The translations under genes were made by a program, and so were the position numbers. The notes beneath the pieces were generated by a model that ran no database searches, had not been told where the DNA came from, and saw nothing but the letters and a program-made list of their open reading frames with translations. Shown piece by piece: positions 54,853 to 64,000 of a stretch of 64,000 nucleotides of DNA. The first letter of the stretch is position 1. The number at the start of each line of letters is the position of its first letter. This DNA comes from Eledone cirrhosa. Lineage: Eukaryota. The stretch lies in the NCBI GenBank assembly GCA_964016885.1, contig OZ024743.1, forward strand, positions 278,070,001-278,134,000, written 5' to 3'.

Positions 54853-55204
54853 AAATTTCCTCGTTATTTCAAAGGGACGAAAGAATTCTCGTGTGGTACA
54901 AATCATTTCTATATGAAATGAGATTCTATATCCCTAATATGGCATTGAATATCTTAAATGCCTTCTTTAACTGAGTTTCTTCCTCTTGCTGATTGGAAAA
55001 CGCTTCTTCATTTCTGTATCTATCATTGAGGTGATATATATGACCAGTGCATTCGCTCCGTTTTGTTGGTGTCACACTTCTTAGCTGTTGTGTTTACTCT
55101 GGACCTTAAAGATTCTTTTAACTTTTTGCTGCATTGAGTGTTTGCCTCAAAGAAATCGAATAGTATCTGCTGTGCGCCAGCTACAACTTCGATTTATACC
55201 TAAT

Positions 55205-55665
<461 letters not shown>

Positions 55666-56871
55666 TATATATATATATATATACACACATATATATATCT
55701 ATACACACATATATCTATGAGTGTAATGTGTATCCGTGTGAGTCTGTGTTTGTGTTAGTATGTTTATAGTGATATGATGAACTTGCATGAAATACATTAG
55801 AAATACACATAACGACATAGTCACATGAAATGACAGTGTAAGCATAAAAGTTTTTATCAGTAAAATCGTCATTGTTATATTTAAAACATTATTGAATGGT
55901 TAGGCTATAGTAGATCATAGTCAATATTCCGTATGTTTTATCTGTGTGTTGATTCCTATGATTGCTAACTTACATCCATAAAAAAATACACAAACCACAC
56001 ATGAAGTGTATGACTCAAAATAAAATGGATATAAATCAAATGTATACTAAAGAGTGAACAGATAAACACATAATCAAACATCTTATAAGATAGAACACTA
56101 AATGCACCAAACCAAACTGAACCATAAAATAACGCCAAATATACTACAAAATCACTAAAAGCAAAAGAAATATCCATATCATCAACAAATCACATGCTTG
56201 TAAAGCTGAGGACAACCTACAAATAACAAATATGATTCATATATTTGATCGTGAACATGGAAGTTGTAAACCTAATGATTCCAGCTCTTAAATTGGTCAT
56301 AGAAGTAAAATACTCTTTCAGAGTTTCACTATGAAATTAAAATATTTAGCAATTACCACATTTTATATCATATAATAGCAAACAACCTTAGGCAAGAAAA
56401 CGTTAATTGTCAAGACATCCATACTATTCAGAATTCTTCACAGGATAGAAAAATTATTATGAAAGCATTGTTTATACATAACAAATTGCTAAAACACAGA
56501 CAATGTACACACGTCACAAATACGACGTTGATGGACTACAATTCTAATTAAATGTACATAGCCACATCTTTCAACTATAAAGGAGACAAACACCGAAGTC
56601 ACTGACATTGTGAAAGTCTAGAAACGTTGATGGTAGACTTAGAAACATTATTATTTAAAATGAACTCCAAGGGACGGATAGGAAGGAAATGAAACAATAC
56701 AAAATAAATTGACAAAAAAGAAAAAAGATAAAAAATAGAACATAGATGTGATTTTGATACAACGTATATACGCACACGTGCACATATAGATTAACATTCA
56801 CAGACAACTACTTATACATGCAACACCCTTATATATATATATATATATATATACAAATACGCACACACATA

Positions 56872-56979
<108 letters not shown>

Positions 56980-57263
56980 GAATTCAATCACCACTCACTC
57001 TATTTCAACGATGTTTTAGTGAATTTCAACTCTGTGCATATGAATACGGTAAAACTACTTTCTTGCGAAAATGATACTCAAGTGCAAATGTGACCAGGAA
57101 TATTTCTCAATATCTACATATCATTGCAGGCAAATATAACATTTTTTGTTTTTGGTTTCATTTATTTTTTCATTATGGTCAATTAGACAGACCGTTTACT
57201 TATTTCACTTCAACGACATTACGATGTTCTTGTTTCTCATTTAATAAAATACTTCATGAGTGT

Positions 57264-57352
<89 letters not shown>

Positions 57353-58006
57353 TGTGTGTTAGAGAAAGACTGGGAGTTGGGGAAAGAGAAAATAAAGAGA
57401 AACTTCAGAATGATTGTGATGGAGAAAGAGTAAAAGATATAATGAACAGGAAATAAGAACGAGTAGAAGCAAGCGAATGAGTTGGAGGGAATAAGATTGT
57501 AGTGGCATGTGAGTAAAAATGATAAAAGTATAACGAGAGAGAGAGAGGAGGGGGAGAGAGAGAGAGGGAGAGAATGAGAGAGAGAGAAAGATAAATGAAA
57601 TGTTAATGAACGTATATAGAAATTTGGAAGCAAAAGAAAGAAGTGAGAGAAAGAGAGGAGTGAGGGAGAGATGGTGTGTATGTACGGGAGAGGAGGAGTG
57701 TAAAAAGTAAAGTGTAGTCTTTATTTCTCATTCTAGGTGCAACCGTGATTGGAATATCTAAAGACAATTACGAAGTGTTGGAGTATATAATAACATTTTT
57801 AGACTTGTATTTTGCTTTTGTTGTACTGGATATTGTTATTATTATTGTTTTATCTTTTGTTGCCGATGTTTATATTTTTGACGATAGTGATGATGTTAGT
57901 GATAAAGGCGGTAATAGTGCTGATCGTGATGATGTTAATAGTCACCATGGCTACGATGTACATACATATTTATGTCATTAATGAAATTCATTTAGTATAC
58001 ACAAGA

Positions 58007-58040
<34 letters not shown>

Positions 58041-58088
58041 CTTGATCTAAATATATACCTAATCCTACCCCCTCTCATTTTCGGTTCG

Positions 58089-58128
<40 letters not shown>

Positions 58129-58189
58129 GAGTGTGTAGACAGTCCCGGACTTATATCCCTCTCCACAAACCTTGCTAAAGGTTTGCGGG

Positions 58190-58470
58190 TATTGTAGAGG
58201 ATCATTTTAAACAAGAATGCTACTCATATATCTTTCTTTAGGTACACAGAAATGAAGTCCACCAAGGCCTCGAACATCTGGCTGTTATATGGAAAGGAGT
58301 CCCCCATAATATAAAATGAAGAACACTGGAGGAGTTCAGACCACACATCAATGGAACAAAGAGATGTTCCCTCTGCCTGAGTGAAAAATTTGGAGATGTC
58401 CAAGGGCTTTTTACACGTCAAGAAAATCTTGCTTTCTTAATGAAAGAGCCACATCGCAAAGAGAAATGCT
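58190..58470 (+). pseudogene. Decayed PLE endonuclease C-terminus (different clade from 49.7 kb)
   Basis: H.SFF...KST..SNIWLL and IK*RTL...PHINGTKRCSLCLSEK resemble the PLE pattern H..SF...T.LS..IW...W.I...PY..G.K.C.LCL.EK. Confidence 0.5.
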
Positions 58471-58637
58471 ACATCCATAATTCCAATACATGCCACGCAC
58501 ATCACATCTTTCCAAAACATACATCACACTATCAACTGATACGAATTATAAACAACAAAACGAACACACAAAAAGATAAACACACACAGCCTTCCAACCA
58601 TCTTCATTATTAAACAAGATTCGTTATTAAACAAGAT

Positions 58638-58822
58638 GGCGGTGGATTGGAAGTATCGGTAGAGGGTCGGACGCCATGCTTTCCAGCATAGTTACGTCCC
58701 TTTACGATCTGAGTTCAAATCCCGCCGAGGTTGACTTTGCCTTTCATCCTTACGGGGTCGATAAAATAAAGTACCAGTAATGCACTGGGTAATTGCTGGC
58801 CTTGTGCCTAAAGTAGAAACAA
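58638..58822 (+). mobile_element. Full-length tRNA-derived SINE with 14-bp TSD
   Basis: A/B boxes; central GCCTTTCATCCTTACGGGGTCGATAAAATAAAGTACCAG (recalls Meta/MESC-type domains, unverified). TSD TTATTAAACAAGAT at 58624-58637 and 58823-58836. Confidence 0.9.
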
Positions 58823-58879
58823 TTATTAAACAAGATTCGTCTCTCTTAGAAAAAGGATCTTCATATATTTGTTTGAGAT

Positions 58880-59300
58880 GTGGCGTCTTTCCAAATTATG
58901 TCTAAGCGTTGCCCAGTTGCTTCATTGTACCCTAGTGGGATCCAATCCATCATATATTCTGACAGCCGGTGGGTTGTGAGTCACACTGGTGTAGTTTTTC
59001 TGGTGCCACACCTGAATATTGGTGTTCCCATCCTCCGTCCAAATCTACAGCCACGGAATTTTGTTCAGGACAGCCCGACTATATCTAGCTGGTAGCATAT
59101 GGCTCCTTCCAGCTTCGTGCGTATATGGGTTGTAACGTTCCAGTTACCAACTGTAAAGGTTTGCTTCAATCCAGACCCTATTTGTGGTCTCGGGATACGT
59201 AAACTCTCTTACTTCTATCCCACACCTACCAGGATAGGTCGCAGATCCCTCGCCATTTCGTGCAGCATTGTTGGAAGCTGAATTATATACAGAGTGGATC
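58880..59300 (-). pseudogene. RTE-like APE endonuclease N-terminal fragment
   Basis: FTVGNWNVTT...YQLDIVGLS*TK.RG...YSGV. Confidence 0.6.
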
Positions 59301-59697
59301 AAACATCGCGATAGATAGGAAAAATGATTATGTTTTTATTAGAAAAGAAAACTTAAAAAATGAATAAATATGGAAACTTTCAAATGTTTTTAATTAAACA
59401 TACAGTATATTGTAATTTGAAGAGCCCAGGATTCCTTTTCCTTTGAGCTCATAATTTACAGGGACTAACGCAAGTCTGTCTCCGTTAATATTTGGATATT
59501 TTGCTCCTTATCACAGTCTTTACTCTCTCTGTTTGGTTGAGCACTTTACTTTGAGTGGTTTCGGGCTGCCATTTCCAGCCGCTCGTCCCTCAAGAGCCGT
59601 TGGTTCACTGTCCTTCGCACGTAATCACTTCTCTCTATCGCGTGGTGGAAGACGGGTATTTAAGTATTTTTAGAGTTGTCTGGAATTTATCTACTAA

Positions 59698-59780
59698 ACA
59701 CACACTGATGAGCCATTGGTATTTCCATTTCAGTCACTAATTTTTGGGCGAAAAGAATCCCTTTGGATTTGTACGTGTGT
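59698..59780 (+). ncRNA. Hammerhead ribozyme (slightly degenerate)
   Basis: ACACACA-CTGATGA-GCC...GGC-GAAA-AGAATCC CTTT GGATTTG-TA-CGTGTGT. Confidence 0.6.
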
Positions 59781-59938
59781 GATGTATAGTTATAGAGGTG
59801 GGTATATTCATTTTGATTTATATTTTTAATTATGATGTGTCTATCTCACCTTCCGTAGTTTATAGATTCCACACACTGGTGGTTTCCCTGTTTATTGATG
59901 GCACACTCTCTCTCCCTCTAGTGTGTTATCCTTTCTAC

Positions 59939-60019
<81 letters not shown>

Positions 60020-60726
60020 GAAGGACGATGCGGTATGGATACCTTTCCTCTTTCCGGCAATTTTGCAGTGTCTTGGTGGTCTCATTTGCGTCAGTCACCA
60101 ATTTGTACTTTTCTCAGATGTGTAGGTTTCTTTCGAGGTGTCTTTAACTCGCCTCGTCGTAGCTACATCTCTGGCTTGTGTGAGTCTTTTTAGGAGCTAG
60201 CAGTGTCCACCGTTACTCTATCTCTCTTAATAGTTTATTTTTGTTGGCCCGGGATTGCTTATTCGTCCAGCAGGAGCCCACGTACATCTATTTAAATGTT
60301 TGAATCAATGATTGGTATTATATATATATACAAGTATTTTCTCATATATGAACAATCATACAAACTAGGAAATTTGCGTTTTGCATACAAGTCCTAAAAT
60401 AAGTAATTTACTGACACGTAGGTGCAATTAAAGCTAACAATGATATTTTAATGATACATGGGGGGGGGGGGGAGGTATAATTACATAAAAGTTCAGCATA
60501 TATGTACAAATGACACACATGACTGAATGTACGTATAACTTTAAAGAGCTCACTACTTACAGAGACAAAAATAGGGTTAGAACCCGCGTCTTTCTAATTG
60601 GAAAGCTATCATTTTATTGTAGCATAATGACGGATATAAAATGAGTTGCGTGTGTGTGAATTAAAAACGTTACTCACACTCATGTGCACTCGCAAGTACG
60701 CACACACACACACACACATCCATATA

Positions 60727-60766
<40 letters not shown>

Positions 60767-60818
60767 GGTAGCGTGAGAGAGAGAGTGAGAGAGAGTGTGT
60801 GTGTGTGTGTGTGTGTGT

Positions 60819-60876
<58 letters not shown>

Positions 60877-60901
60877 CAGAGAGAGAAAGAGATAGAGAAA
60901 G

Positions 60902-61001
<100 letters not shown>

Positions 61002-61120
61002 TCTGCGGTGCTGAGAGTGTGAACACTAATCAGGGGAATACTCGATGCATGGGGAGATGGTGAGTGGGTATAGAGATACGTAAAATCTACCTCTCTCTCT
61101 CTTTCGCTCTCTCGCTCGCA

Positions 61121-61158
<38 letters not shown>

Positions 61159-61159
<1 letters not shown>

Positions 61160-61905
61160 CTAGTAGCATGGCCCGGCGTTGCTCGGGCTTCTAAACATAG
61201 ATTGGTATGTTTATCCCTCCTTTCTGAAACAGTACAGAGAAGTAAGGAATACCTCGGACTGGGGATGGTGTCTACAGTTTGTGCTTATAAAAGAAATTCG
61301 TCGTAGATTACTAGGGGTTTGACTTGATTGGGTTCCTGAGAGTAAAATGTTCAACCCACGAAAGCCAAGACGATAGGGTTAAGTAAAAAGTCATTCGACA
61401 AACCGAACATGTATTTGTTGTGCTATGGGACAATGAAAGTTACAGAGCAGTAAGCATGTGGGACTGCAGTGGCGGAGAGCATGAAGGAATTTAGTTGGAT
61501 ACTTTTAAGGCTACACAAATCTACCCAATCTGATATAGACCGAACTGTTATATCGGATGTCGAACGCTTCGGAATTACTATTGGGGTCACCATCAACAAT
61601 TTCAAGGGATGTACGTTTAAGTAGGGATAATATAGTCTATAAAGAAAGGTAACTCTTCCAAAATACTAAAGAGTTGTCTCTCTTGAACATTTTAGACAAA
61701 ATTGCCGACAAAAAGGGCTTAAAGTTTTAATGAAAAAAAACGCCTTTAACAACAGAAAATTGAAAAATAAAAGCTGCAGTTAATATCTTTAGACGGCAAG
61801 GAATATATAAATGCAAGTTTGAAGTGAATCGGAGTAGAAATGTTGATTTGAATAGACTTTGCAAAAATTAGGGCACACACACAGACAATTTCAGTTTTAT
61901 ATATA
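61159..61905 (+). mobile_element. Helitron/Helentron-like non-autonomous element
   Basis: Starts ACTAG...CCCGGCGTTGCTCGGG (hairpin) and ends ACACACAGACAATTTCAGTTTTATATA, the end pattern of such elements. Confidence 0.55.
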
Positions 61906-63117
61906 TATGTATAGATATATGATTATACAAACACCCCTAGTGCTTTACAATAGTTAATAATGCTATTGCAAATTTTCTTGTAAACCCGTTGTAAATGAAT
62001 CAGATTCCTATGAATCTTATATGGGTTTAGCAATCTACTAATGGATTAATTATTCGTACGTAGCAAAAACAAGCAAAGAAATTATAAATACTCCGATATA
62101 CCTTAAACTTATTCACCACAACCAGCTAATTTTATCCAGATTTCGCTGGAAGCCGTTCACAAGTTTAGTTGTAATCTATAATTAATAGAAGTTTAATGGA
62201 AGGAAAACAGTTGTAATGTATTCAGTATAACAGTGGTATTTATGTTCGTAATATACCTTACTCTGATGACTTTGAATTCTGTCAAACATATTATCTTTTG
62301 AATTGTGTTCATTAATCTCGTTAATGAGAGCAATCTGAATACCACACGGTTAACGTATCTTTTCTAAACTCTTCCATATCTTTTACACTGTTGGTGATAT
62401 TTGTATATCCTTGACTGTATCATGTAAAATAACAGACACACAAACACTCGCACAAATATGCACACACACTCACATACATATATACCTATACATATATATT
62501 TCTGTAAAAAGTAAAGAGAAATAACAGGGAAAACGATACAGTATTTTGAAGAAATTTATTCGTTTAACGCTTGAAATAACAGGAAATGTGTCTTAACGTT
62601 TCGGACACCAGTTCTTCTGCAGAAGATAGAGTTAGATAGGAAGTATAGAATAGGACGATAAAGAGTAAGAGAATGGGACGGCGTAAAATTAGAAAAAAGG
62701 GGAAAATCATTGCAATTGTTATCTACAAGATTGCTTTATAAATATTTCTGTGCAAAGCCTAGTTTTTCCGCTAAACATTAAATATTGTTAATTGTGAAGA
62801 ATGATCATAACTATTCTCCCTCCTGGCTTACTTTAGAAAATACATGTTGGTGTCTCTATAGTTGTCTTCAGATGTATGTGTGCGCTGCTGAATGGAAAAT
62901 TAGCCGGCTCACAGCTGATAAATCACCTTTTTGTCAGCAGGTACAATTCTTTGTCAACTGGTATGATACTTTGATAGGCGATCGACACCAATTCTATACC
63001 CCAGGCGTCTGAAGGTCACAAAAACATGCCTGAGGTAGTAAACACACACACACCTACGAACTCTTACATACCTTCTCGATAAATATGATTCGACCCTTTC
63101 CACCATTATTTTATATA

Positions 63118-63311
63118 GGGCGGGGGATTGACACTATCGGTAGAAGGTCGGACGCCATGCTTTGCAGCATAGAGTTACGCCACTTTATGGTCTGAGCTCA
63201 AATCCCGCCGAAGTTAACTTTGCCTTTCATCCTTACTGGGTCGACAAAATAAAGCACCAGTAATGAACTGGGATAATCGCTGGCCTTGTGCCAAAAGTAG
63301 AAACAATTATT
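63118..63311 (+). mobile_element. SINE
   Basis: Matches the SINE consensus. Confidence 0.85.
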
Positions 63312-63590
63312 TAATCTAGATAGGTCAGGATAGATACATTTGACCGCAAATATAGACGCACACATATGTATGAACAATCACTAAGCTAGATATTTAGTCA
63401 CACAACCACACACAGCCACTCTCTCAACAAATCAGATACTTTCATAAAGATTCTTTGCAATTGGATGAATAATGTATGTTCTCATTTGGGCTATTGATAC
63501 CTCCCAGTTCTTCCACCGCCAACGGATTTGCTATTCAGTCTCGAATAAGCTGTTGAAACGGCAAGAGCTCAACCGTTGTGGTCCTGATTC

Positions 63591-63647
<57 letters not shown>

Positions 63648-63660
63648 CGTGTGTGGGGTG

Positions 63661-63692
<32 letters not shown>

Positions 63693-64000
63693 GATGTGTG
63701 TGTGTAATGTTAGTAAACATTACGTAAGTGGCTCGATTAGCTATCCACCACACCATTCTTCTTCTTCTTCTTCTCACCCCCCTTTCTTTTCTCTGGAATA
63801 AATCATCCATGCTTTGACCTGGTGATTAATGAGGCTGCCCGGTTTAAACTGCCCATCACCCGTCGTGTAATAAGACGGTGCTTCGACAATTTCATCAAGT
63901 GTTTATTCCACGTCTCTGTTATTTGGATAAAAAGTCCTTAAGTTCTGTTATGTGTAATAAACGTATATCAGCCTCGCTAAATAAAAATACCCTGTATTTA

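Noticed and set aside
58638-58730. tRNA genes
   Set aside because: The A/B boxes belong to SINE heads; no full cloverleaf, and the copies carry SINE bodies and TSDs.

Overview
AT-rich animal genomic DNA, intergenic or intronic, with no supportable host gene. The SINE style and microsatellite load suggest a cephalopod such as octopus (inference only). Most ORF-track entries are artefacts of (TA)n, (CA)n and (GA)n repeats. Real coding remnants are all transposon-derived: two 5'-truncated Penelope-like elements (PLE; GIY-YIG endonuclease, one also with the RT thumb), a decayed second PLE type, an R4/Dong-type RLE LINE inside (TAA)n, RTE and other LINE fragments, a hAT (Buster/SPIN-like) transposase pseudogene, a mariner remnant, MITEs, a Helitron-like element and many tRNA-derived SINEs. 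The main unannotated signal is a dense population of hammerhead-ribozyme (HHR) elements, most of them in or next to (TA)n tracts. These are a near-perfect 310-bp retrozyme-like tandem array (8 sense HHRs plus 1 inverted), two other direct-repeat units of about 633 and 475 bp, and about a dozen fold-back (inverted-repeat) insertions, together about 15 distinct HHR sequence contexts. Several have recurrent non-canonical cores: a U3-A8 pair, a U10.1-U11.1 mismatch, very long helix II, or a palindromic helix III. All HHR calls were folded by eye and none has been tested for activity.
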